From Snowella sp. (GTDB taxonomy: Bacteria; Cyanobacteriota; Cyanobacteriia; Cyanobacteriales; Microcystaceae): 15,796 nt of DNA. Made by a program: the position numbers and the translations under genes. Below the pieces are notes generated by a model. That model saw only the letters and a program-made list of their open reading frames with translations. It did not search any database and had not been told where the DNA came from. Position 1 is the first letter of the stretch. Every line of letters begins with the position of its first letter. The stretch covers positions 1 through 15,796 of the forward strand of contig QBMS01000102.1 of NCBI GenBank assembly GCA_003249095.1, in the 5' to 3' direction. Positions 1-6,942 of the stretch are shown here, in pieces.

Positions 1-209
1 GTATTATACGTTTCTGAATATAGTGACTCACATTTTTGACAGATAAATATTTTTCTCTCTCCATTATTTTTCGTTTTGTAATGAGAATGAATTTTCACTT
101 CCTCGCTGTGACAATGAGGACAGTCTCGTTTAAATAATTCTTTTTCTTTCCCATTGCAAAATATAGAATCATTAAACTCTTGGATTGGCTTTATCTTTTG
201 GATTGACAT
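1..209 (-). CDS. Transposase, N-terminal 69 codons only; continues beyond the window.
   Basis: ATG at 209..207 on the minus strand, preceded by AAAGGAGAGAGAG. Translation is MSIQKIKPIQEFNDSIFCNGKEKELFKRDCPHCHSEEVKIHSHYKTKNNGERKIFICQKCESLYSETYN. The CPHC...CQKC zinc ribbon is typical of N-termini of IS1/IS1595-type DDE transposases. Confidence 0.7.
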   Translation of the reverse strand, partial: MSIQKIKPIQEFNDSIFCNGKEKELFKRDCPHCHSEEVKIHSHYKTKNNGERKIFICQKCESLYSETYN

Positions 210-367
210 ACTCTCTCTCCTTTTTTTACCGATTTATTTATAGTATTATTACCCTTAACACCCCTGTAAAGTTATAACCATTACTTCCAAGCTTATATTT
301 GCTTCTTTGTTTCTCTAATCCTTTGCCCAGTAATCCTTTCTGCCTTTAATCAGGCTGAACCATTGCC
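1..367 (-). mobile_element. Partial IS copy (inner end plus transposase 5' part), running off the left window edge. The family is tentative: IS1/IS1595-like.
   Basis: Positions 3..367 are the exact reverse complement of 15432..15796 (checked block by block). The inner terminus reads GGCAATGGTTCAGCC..., i.e. the GGnnnTG type of end seen in IS1/IS1595-like elements. It has subterminal AAAGGATTA direct repeats and encodes a zinc-ribbon transposase N-terminus. Confidence 0.8.
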
Positions 368-902
368 TACGATTATCTTTATCAAAATTCCATTGACCAC
401 CAATAGGTTTTTGGCCATCCATTAATATTTGAAATCTTTTCCGTCCTTCTCGATAAAAATCTTCTAGTAGTAAACGTTTTTTATTTGTAGCCCATGCTTC
501 AAAATCTTCTTTTGACCAGAGGAAATGATTATTGGCAATCAATTCAATTTTACACGGTAATACTAGATTTTCAATGAGCTTCTGGAAAGGCAAATCAGTA
601 GGAGTCATTATCCATAACTGTGTAATTTGATGCTCTTCAATCCAAGCTAATAAGGGATCCTGAAAAACATCGGTGACGCAGTAATTTACGGGCCAACCTT
701 CAGTGCGTAATTCTTCGGCAAAATGACGCATGGCAGACCAGACTAAAACTAATTTTTGGGCATGGTAGCGTCTTTGACGAACATAATCTAAGGATTCAAT
801 AAAAATAACAGGCGTTTCAGTTTTATGTTCCTGAAAACGGGCAAGAGCCGCCTGTTTTTCCCATAGTTGATCGCCTAATATCCAAATACCATTACTCATC
901 AA
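315..902 (-). pseudogene. Truncated PhrB/FeS-BCP-type (6-4) photolyase-related gene. Only about 179 native N-terminal codons remain. The last 16 codons and the stop are read out of the IS end.
   Basis: The motifs WILGDQL, SAMRHFAEELR, FYREGRKRF and GGQWNFDKDNR match the N-terminal third of roughly 500-aa PhrB-like photolyases. Homology stops exactly at the IS boundary (367/368, inside an AGG codon). The tail QWFSLIKGRKDYWAKD is IS-derived. Confidence 0.8.
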
Positions 903-949
903 AAGTTAGCCCGTAATATTTTTTCGGCACAATCCGATCGCATCAAAAA

Positions 950-1741
950 CTACTCGATATTGATCACGGTTGGGTTGCCCGTTCCCGTAGAAGCCGAAAA
1001 AGAGGATTTGCGATAGGTGCTATAGAGGCGATCGCGCCAAGCAAAGAAAGGTTCATAGGTGCTGTTATCGGCGAGTCCTGGAATCCCCTTACCCTTAAGT
1101 TCGGACGGAATTGACAGATAATCCCCCGTAGGAAACTTCAAGGTCATACTCAAACCTGCCACTGCCAAATCGGCCAAAGTGGGTTCATCGGTGACAAGGT
1201 AGGGGCGATGTTGTAAAATTAACGATAGTGCCTCTAGGTCTTGCTTTAAACCTTGAATCGCATCTTTTACTTCATTTCCCCCAAAACCAACCCCAGAACC
1301 GAAAAAATCCAGTATTTCCGACGGAACTGCTCCAACCAACGTTTTCAGGAAATCAGGTGTATTGCTCGGTAAAACAGAGGTACGGAAATTCGGGTTCTGA
1401 TTTAAGGCTCCAATCAATGCCTTGCGTCCCTTCAAACCAATGGATTCATCGGCCCATTCTTCAATCAATAAACACTGGCCACGCAGGACTGGATCGGTGG
1501 GAATAATCGGTTTTTCGGGAAATTTACGGTCTAAATAAAAGGCAATGTCCGTTGAGTCGGTAATGACTGTCTCCCCATCTTTTAATACAGGAACCTTGGA
1601 TTGTCCTGACAAACGAAAAAGCTCGATTTGTCCCACGCCAGGGGTAACTTCAATTTTTTTGTAGTCTAATTCCTTGTAATCTAAGATCAAACGAACCTTT
1701 TCGGAATATTGAGACAATTCAAATTGATAAAGTTCTAACAT
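950..1741 (-). CDS. Glutathione S-transferase family protein.
   Basis: 263-aa ORF. The N-terminal thioredoxin-like GST fold signature is LYQFELSQYSEKVRLILDYKELDYKKIEV...SKVPVLKDGETVITDSTDIAFYL, followed by a helical C-terminal domain. Confidence 0.8.
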   Translation of the reverse strand: MLELYQFELSQYSEKVRLILDYKELDYKKIEVTPGVGQIELFRLSGQSKVPVLKDGETVITDSTDIAFYLDRKFPEKPIIPTDPVLRGQCLLIEEWADESIGLKGRKALIGALNQNPNFRTSVLPSNTPDFLKTLVGAVPSEILDFFGSGVGFGGNEVKDAIQGLKQDLEALSLILQHRPYLVTDEPTLADLAVAGLSMTLKFPTGDYLSIPSELKGKGIPGLADNSTYEPFFAWRDRLYSTYRKSSFSASTGTGNPTVINIE

Positions 1742-1915
1742 TTTAATTTTTAATGGGGAATAATCTTTCTTAGTACGTTGAAAAAATTAAGCGCGATTCT
1801 CTTAATAAAAGTTAATATAACATAAAAGCCTGATTTTGTTTTCGGGTATGCTACAACTCAAAATAGTCTACATAACCAACCCTAATTGTCGTACAGACTC
1901 CTCGGTGATTTTCCT

Positions 1916-2770
1916 ATGTCTCTAGCTTTTACCAAATATCATGGACTCGGCAATGACTTTATCCTAATTGATAATCGTTACTCGAATATCCCGCTCATTT
2001 CTCCTGAACAGGCTGTCAAAATGTGCGATCGCCACTTTGGAATTGGAGCAGACGGGGTGATTTTCGCCCTACCTGGTCAAGACGGAACCGATTACACTAT
2101 GCGGATTTTTAACTCCGACGGTTCTGAGCCTGAAATGTGTGGCAATGGTATTCGTTGTTTTGCGCGATTTATTGCAGATTTAGAAGGAGAAGTCAGTATC
2201 GGTAAGTCCTATCGTATTCACACCCTCGCTGGTGTTATTACGCCCCGATTAGAGGCAGAGGGGCAAGTCACCGTTGATATGGGCTTTCCCCAACTGTTGG
2301 CCGCAGATATTCCCACGACCTTGGCTGCTGGCGATAAAAAGGTGATTGATGTTCCCTTGGAAGTTGCGGGCCAAAGCTGGTCAGTGACCTGTGTGAGTAT
2401 GGGGAATCCCCACTGCATTAATTTTGTTGAAAATGTCGATCAAATTCCCTTAGAACACATTGGCCCCCAGTTTGAAAACCACCCAGCTTTTCCCAAAAAG
2501 ACCAATACGGAATTTATTCAAGCGATCGCGCCTGACTATCTCAAAATGCGAGTATGGGAAAGAGGAGCGGGCATAACCCTCGCTTGTGGGACAGGAGCCT
2601 GTGCCTCCGTCGTTGCTGGTGTTTTAACGGGAAAATCTGAGCGTCGTTGTACCGTAGAATTACCAGGGGGATGTTTACAGATTGAATGGTCTGAGATCGA
2701 TCAACGGATTTATATGACAGGGCCAGCCCAACGGGTCTTTATCGGTCACTATGAAGATATTTCTGTTTAA
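1916..2770 (+). CDS. dapF: Diaminopimelate epimerase.
   Basis: [15 protein letters not shown], the catalytic [11 protein letters not shown] and the second catalytic Cys in [11 protein letters not shown] prefer the ATG at 1916 ([15 protein letters not shown]) over the in-frame TTG at 1886 used by the ORF track. Confidence 0.95.
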   Translation: MSLAFTKYHGLGNDFILIDNRYSNIPLISPEQAVKMCDRHFGIGADGVIFALPGQDGTDYTMRIFNSDGSEPEMCGNGIRCFARFIADLEGEVSIGKSYRIHTLAGVITPRLEAEGQVTVDMGFPQLLAADIPTTLAAGDKKVIDVPLEVAGQSWSVTCVSMGNPHCINFVENVDQIPLEHIGPQFENHPAFPKKTNTEFIQAIAPDYLKMRVWERGAGITLACGTGACASVVAGVLTGKSERRCTVELPGGCLQIEWSEIDQRIYMTGPAQRVFIGHYEDISV

Positions 2771-3117
2771 ACTCAGTAAATTAAAATTGAACAGATTTAA
2801 ACATAAACCCCATCTAAATTATTAAAACTCGTAGCGAATGAAAATCGCCCCCTAAATTCCCTAATTCTGGGGGACTTTGAACTCAAAAAACTTGTAACCT
2901 CCCCCCAAAGTTGGGGAACAAGGAGGACAAAAAACTTTGGTTCTCAAATTGAACGGACTTTATTACTAGGAATGCTTTTTTTTCTCTGATAAAAATTGTC
3001 TTCTCGAAAAAAAATTGAACCTTAACCAAAGAATAATCTTTATTATACTCTCGATCTTGTATCTTCTTTGAAGAGTACCATTTCCCCCTGTCCACTTTTT
3101 TATAGGCCCAACAGATT

Positions 3118-4278
3118 ATGACTCAATCTAGCCTAAGTCCTGAAGTTCTCCTGCGCCAATCTCTTACCAATGAAGAAGAGGAAGAAGAAGAAGAAGATTA
3201 TTTTGACTATTTTTATGATGAACCAGGAAGTGAGCCAGGGACATTAAGTATTGAACCAGATGCCCCCCCTTCTAGAATTGTTTTGATTGATTATAGCCAA
3301 GATCATGCCGTGCGTAAATCAGATTTAACGCCCAATGCTTTACGTCCCTATTTAGGAACAAATACGGTTTCATGGATGGATATTCAAGGGTTAGGAAGTG
3401 AGGAAGTTTTAAAACAAGTCGGTGAAATTTTTAAGCTCCATCCCTTACTTTTAGAAGATATTGTGAACGTTCCCCAACGGGCAAAAATTGAAGATTATAA
3501 TGATCACATTATGCTCATTGCCCATCGTGTTCGTCCCAATCGCGAAGAAGATGGTTTTGAAAGTGAGCAGGTGAGTTTTGTCTTAGGAAAACGCTATTTA
3601 TTGACGTTTCAAGAAGGCGAATTAAGCGATTGTTTTGATCCCGTTCGCGATCGCATCCGTGCCAATCAGGGAAAGGTTTGTCAGGAAGGAGCCGATTATT
3701 TAGTATATTTACTTTTAGATATGCTAATTGATGAATACTTTCCGTTGTTAGAAGATTATGAAGAGAGAATTGAGGCTCTAGAGGACACCATTATTCGGAA
3801 TCCTAGTAGTCAGTTAATGGAAGAAATCTATAATATTCGTCGGGAATTATTGGCCCTGCGTCGTCTGATTTGGCCCCTGCGCCATGTGATGAATGTGTTA
3901 TTGAGAGATACCAATTCTTTGATCAGTAGTGACGCTCGTATTTATTTCCGAGATTGCTATGACCACATTATTCAAGTATTAGATATTATTGAAGCTTATC
4001 GAGAATTGGCTTCGAGTTTAATGGAGGTCTATATGACTTCGATGAGCAATAAAATGAACGAGGTGATGAAATTTTTAACCGTCATTTCCACTATTTTTAT
4101 TCCCCTGACTTTTATTGCGGGGGTTTACGGGATGAACTTTGAATATATGCCCGAATTAAAATCTCGTTGGGGTTACATTATCACCTGGGGCGTGATGCTT
4201 GCGATCGCGGGTGGCTCTCTGATTTTCTTTTGGCGTAGGGGGTGGTTACAGCCGTCCTATTCCATCAAAGATGATTAA
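3118..4278 (+). CDS. corA: CorA-family Mg2+/Co2+ transporter with an acidic N-terminal extension.
   Basis: YGMNFEYMPEL (GMN signature) followed by two C-terminal TM helices. Size is typical at 386 aa. There is an E8 run near the N-terminus. Confidence 0.95.
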   Translation: MTQSSLSPEVLLRQSLTNEEEEEEEEDYFDYFYDEPGSEPGTLSIEPDAPPSRIVLIDYSQDHAVRKSDLTPNALRPYLGTNTVSWMDIQGLGSEEVLKQVGEIFKLHPLLLEDIVNVPQRAKIEDYNDHIMLIAHRVRPNREEDGFESEQVSFVLGKRYLLTFQEGELSDCFDPVRDRIRANQGKVCQEGADYLVYLLLDMLIDEYFPLLEDYEERIEALEDTIIRNPSSQLMEEIYNIRRELLALRRLIWPLRHVMNVLLRDTNSLISSDARIYFRDCYDHIIQVLDIIEAYRELASSLMEVYMTSMSNKMNEVMKFLTVISTIFIPLTFIAGVYGMNFEYMPELKSRWGYIITWGVMLAIAGGSLIFFWRRGWLQPSYSIKDD

Positions 4279-4283
4279 TTGTT

Positions 4284-4760
4284 TTAATTAAAATCTCTAG
4301 AATTGAGGGGAATCATTGCCCAGGTAACATAGGTTCCAATAGGACTCCAAAGCAAATAGGGAATTAAAAATTTCCCCGCGATCGCTGACACAGGAAACAC
4401 ACAAATTGCTAAAGCTAAACCAATAAAAAAACCTGTTCCTCCAATAAAAGTTCCGATCTTTAAACTACGGAATTTACACATAACAGGGGTGTAGGCCATA
4501 ACAAAAATTTCTAAGACCAGATAACCGAGCATTAATGCCCAGGTTCGTCCTTCATGGGGAGCATCTTGCCATAACAGAGTCGCTGATATCGCACAGCAAA
4601 TAAAAATAGAAATCCAGATCCAAGGAATTGCCCATTCAAAAGTTAACCAATTGGGTCGGCGTAAGCGATTAAACCAACGAATATCCCTGGGAGAAAGCCG
4701 ATTGAGTAACCAAGCAACTACAAAAGCCACCGTACCAATAATTAACCAAGCAGGAACCAT
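4284..4760 (-). CDS. TspO/MBR-family (tryptophan-rich sensory protein-like) membrane protein.
   Basis: 158 aa with about 5 TM segments. WFNRLRRPNWLTFEWAIPWIWISIF resembles the TspO W-x-x-L-x-K-P-x-W motif region, and the C-terminal PYLLW...LN matches the TspO C-terminus. Confidence 0.65.
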   Translation of the reverse strand: MVPAWLIIGTVAFVVAWLLNRLSPRDIRWFNRLRRPNWLTFEWAIPWIWISIFICCAISATLLWQDAPHEGRTWALMLGYLVLEIFVMAYTPVMCKFRSLKIGTFIGGTGFFIGLALAICVFPVSAIAGKFLIPYLLWSPIGTYVTWAMIPLNSRDFN

Positions 4761-5008
4761 AGGATTTTAGAAATTGTATTCTTCACCTCAAATTATACTC
4801 ACTGATAGAGTCCAGGAACGGATTGGGGCTACGTCCGACGGTAAATCTAGCTGATTCCAGACGGGAATTGTGCCTTAACAACACAAGCAATCAGGGATTA
4901 AGATGTTAGGAAGCGTGTTGTTATCCTATTCAAAAGCGGGTTTCAATTGGGATTAAAGCGTTAATTGGTAGGAATTGACGGTAACATATTTTTGTTATTT
5001 ATGGTGCA

Positions 5009-5854
5009 ATGATGGTTAGCAATTTTCAGATAGATAATCCAGACGGTTTAGCAGATGAAGCTCCCAATTATACCGTTGAAAAAGCGATCGCGAATATCCA
5101 ACAAAAAGAAGATCCTAGTGCAAGATATTACGCCGCTTGGTGGATTGGTCGATTTCGGGTAACAGAAACGATCGCCATTGATGCCCTAATTGAAGCTTTA
5201 CAGGATGAAAGCGATCGCTCTCCCGATGGGGGTTATCCGTTACGACGAAATGCCGCTAAAGCCCTGGGGAAATTGGGGGAAAATAGAGCTGTACCTGCCC
5301 TCATTGAGGCCCTATGCTGTTCGGATTATTATGTACGCGAATCTGCGGCCCAAGCCCTGGAACAGTTGGGAGATACTAGGGCAATTCCTGCTTTATTGAA
5401 TTTACTGGATGGCGGGTTAGATGCCGCTCAACAAATGGCAGATAAACCCCATTTGAATCAACCCTATGAAGCGATTATTGAAGCTTTAGGAATCCTAGAA
5501 GCTGTTGAAGCGATTCCCCTCATTGAGCCATTTTTAGCGCATTTTACCGCCAAGGTGCAGTATGCCGCCGCTAGAGCTTTGTATCAACTGACCAGTAACT
5601 CGGCTTACGGCGATCGCCTAATTGATGCGCTCAAAGGCCCTGATCTCCAATTACGACGGTCGGCCATGATGGATCTCGGTGCAACGGGTTATTTAAAAGG
5701 TGCAAACGCGATCGCCCAAACCTACGCTGAAAACAGTTTGAAATTAATTGCCCTGAAAGATTTATTGGAATCCCATTTAAAAAAACAAGCCCAAGAAATG
5801 GTTTTATCTGAGGAGAGTATTCAAATTATGACTTTGATGGACGAATTACTGTAA
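5009..5854 (+). CDS. cpcE: CpcE-type HEAT-repeat protein (phycocyanobilin lyase subunit E family).
   Basis: ARYYAAWWIGRFR, DRSPDGGYPLRRNAAKALGKLG, YYVRESAAQALEQLGD, QLRRSAMMDLGATGYL, ENSLKLIALKDL and a C-terminal MDELL. These are characteristic of CpcE as I remember it. No cpcF follows it here. Confidence 0.7.
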   Translation: MMVSNFQIDNPDGLADEAPNYTVEKAIANIQQKEDPSARYYAAWWIGRFRVTETIAIDALIEALQDESDRSPDGGYPLRRNAAKALGKLGENRAVPALIEALCCSDYYVRESAAQALEQLGDTRAIPALLNLLDGGLDAAQQMADKPHLNQPYEAIIEALGILEAVEAIPLIEPFLAHFTAKVQYAAARALYQLTSNSAYGDRLIDALKGPDLQLRRSAMMDLGATGYLKGANAIAQTYAENSLKLIALKDLLESHLKKQAQEMVLSEESIQIMTLMDELL

Positions 5855-5909
5855 TGTATCCTACGCGCTTCTTTCCCTTATCTAGGTTTATTGACTTTCG
5901 GGTATGAGA

Positions 5910-6065
5910 TTAAGATAAACAAGAGCGATCAATGGGATCTGCCTTATCTCCTAATTTGACCACTGTGCCATTTAAGCGGACTCTACCCTGTAAAATTAAT
6001 TCTTCGGCATGACGACGGGAAGCCACTCCCCATTGCGATAAAATCTTTTGAATACGTTCGGACAT
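5910..6065 (-). pseudogene. Stub of an RsuA/RluB-type pseudouridine synthase: S4 RNA-binding N-terminus only, 51 codons.
   Basis: Minus-strand ATG at 6065..6063. Translation is [51 protein letters not shown]. This is the canonical S4 domain that opens pseudouridine synthases of about 240 aa or more. The catalytic domain is absent. It is too short (under 60 aa) to appear in the ORF track. Confidence 0.6.
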
Positions 6066-6311
6066 GAATTTTCAGACTCCATTTTTAATCAAAAAAAGAA
6101 AACATTGCCATTAAACGAGGAAATCATTTGTGGGGTTACAAATCGTCTTTTAGATCCCTTGGGCGTGATCAATGAATTCTGTTAATCTCCCCAACTTTTT
6201 ACTATACAAGAGTTTTGAATATTTTGTCAGATATACGTAGGTAAAATAATACTTTTAATCTATAAATAATTATTTTTAATCATCAGTTTCTCAAAAAAAG
6301 AGTAATTATTT

Positions 6312-6464
6312 ATGAAACTTTTTACCGCGATCGTTGAAAAGGATATAGATACGAATCTCTATGTCGGTTATGTACTTGGAGAAGCTTTAATGAGAGCGAT
6401 CGCAGAAGGTCTTGATGGTGAAAATGTTAGTCGAGAAGAAATTTTTACTGTATTATCTGAGTAA
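6312..6464 (+). pseudogene. HicB-like antitoxin N-terminal stub fused to an unrelated helical tail (50 codons).
   Basis: Translation is MKLFTAIVEKDIDTNLYVGYVLGEALMRAIAEGLDGENVSREEIFTVLSE*. The first ~22 aa resemble the start of cyanobacterial HicB-family antitoxins (..TAIVEKD.DT.LYVGYVPG..). The rest does not continue that fold. No hicA partner is visible. Confidence 0.35.
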
Positions 6465-6477
6465 TCCCTAAAAAACT

Positions 6478-6500
6478 GTAGGGACGTAAGGCTTACGCCC
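6478..6500. repeat. Solo GTAGGG-plus-hairpin repeat unit directly upstream of the STAND gene ribosome-binding site.
   Basis: GTAGGGACGTAAGGCTTACGCCC, with CGTAAG/CTTACG self-complementary. It has the same GTAGGG-plus-hairpin design as the two ends of the element at 8958..9061. Confidence 0.3.
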
Positions 6501-6522
6501 AAACCTAGCAAGGAGTTAGAGC

Positions 6523-6870
6523 ATGGAACCGTTGACGCTATTGGCTACAGGAGCCACGATTATTTTGACGGGAGCGTTGACCCGTTTGGGGGAGCTTTCT
6601 TTGGATGGTTCGGTTGAAAAACTGAAAAATTTAATTGCGGTGAAGTCTCCTGATACGTTGAAAAAGTTGCAATCTGCTAATCAAAATCCTGCTTTGTTAC
6701 CTGAAACGATTGAGGCAGTGGCGACTTTACTGGAAGATCCAGAAATGCAAAGAGTTGCGGAACAAGCAGTTAAGGAAAATGAATCTAATCCTTACGTTAT
6801 TAATATGATGAAAAATGTTGGGATTGTTAATCAAGGAACAATTAATAATCCGACTTTTAATTTCCACTGA
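6523..6870 (+). CDS. Hypothetical 115-aa protein. It is most likely the N-terminal module of the downstream STAND NTPase (same frame, separated by one TGA).
   Basis: Strong SD AAGGAG (6510..6515) lies 7 nt before the ATG at 6523. The start is hydrophobic and rich in small residues (LTLLATGATIILTGALTRLG), followed by helical segments and an Asn-rich linker (GIVNQGTINNPTFNFH). The stop TGA at 6868..6870 is in frame with 6943..8961. Confidence 0.6.
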   Translation: MEPLTLLATGATIILTGALTRLGELSLDGSVEKLKNLIAVKSPDTLKKLQSANQNPALLPETIEAVATLLEDPEMQRVAEQAVKENESNPYVINMMKNVGIVNQGTINNPTFNFH

Positions 6871-6942
6871 CTACAGCCGCCTGTTCAGGAGCAGGTTAAA
6901 CAAAACCTTCACAATTTACCGAATAGTGGTGTCGCGCAATTT

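Noticed and set aside
1228-1506. 92-aa plus-strand ORF inside the GST gene.
   Set aside because: It is entirely antisense to a well-supported CDS. Its composition is rich in P/L/Q/S, and it has no SD or recognisable motif.
2218-2418. 66-aa minus-strand ORF inside dapF.
   Set aside because: It is antisense to a gene with unmistakable DapF motifs, so it is a shadow ORF.
2898-2926. Nested hairpin CCTCC-CCCCAA-AG-TTGGGG-AACAA-GGAGG downstream of dapF, plus a CCCCC/GGGGG hairpin at about 2843..2870, considered as a terminator or riboswitch for corA.
   Set aside because: No U-tract follows on the plus strand. The inner loop is only 2 nt. I see no match to a known Mg-sensing leader. The evidence is too weak to call a terminator.
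2883-3095. 70-aa minus-strand ORF in the dapF-corA spacer.
   Set aside because: It has a GTG start without an SD. The sequence is low-complexity and rich in K/F/I, derived from A/T runs. The region is more likely the corA promoter and leader.
4276-4286. The convergent corA and TspO-like stops are 5 bp apart. Likewise the DUF2993 and thf1 stops are 1 bp apart at 9866..9872. Neither pair has room for terminators.
   Set aside because: It is real but ordinary. Tightly packed convergent genes are common in compact bacterial genomes, and the arrangement carries no specific functional implication.
4876-4923. 9-bp inverted repeat TAACAACAC / GTGTTGTTA with a 30-nt loop, about 85 nt upstream of the cpcE-like start.
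   Set aside because: It is a single short AT-rich stem. It matches no riboswitch or attenuator that I know. It cannot be distinguished from chance without covariation data.
5190-5399. 69-aa plus-strand ORF overlapping the cpcE-like gene in another frame.
   Set aside because: It is nested in a CDS with strong family motifs, and nothing supports it independently.
6868-6870. The TGA as a selenocysteine codon.
   Set aside because: Only a 4-bp CCTG/CAGG stem follows, with no convincing SECIS-like hairpin. NB-ARC linkers have no redox role. Sec decoding is generally not expected in cyanobacteria.
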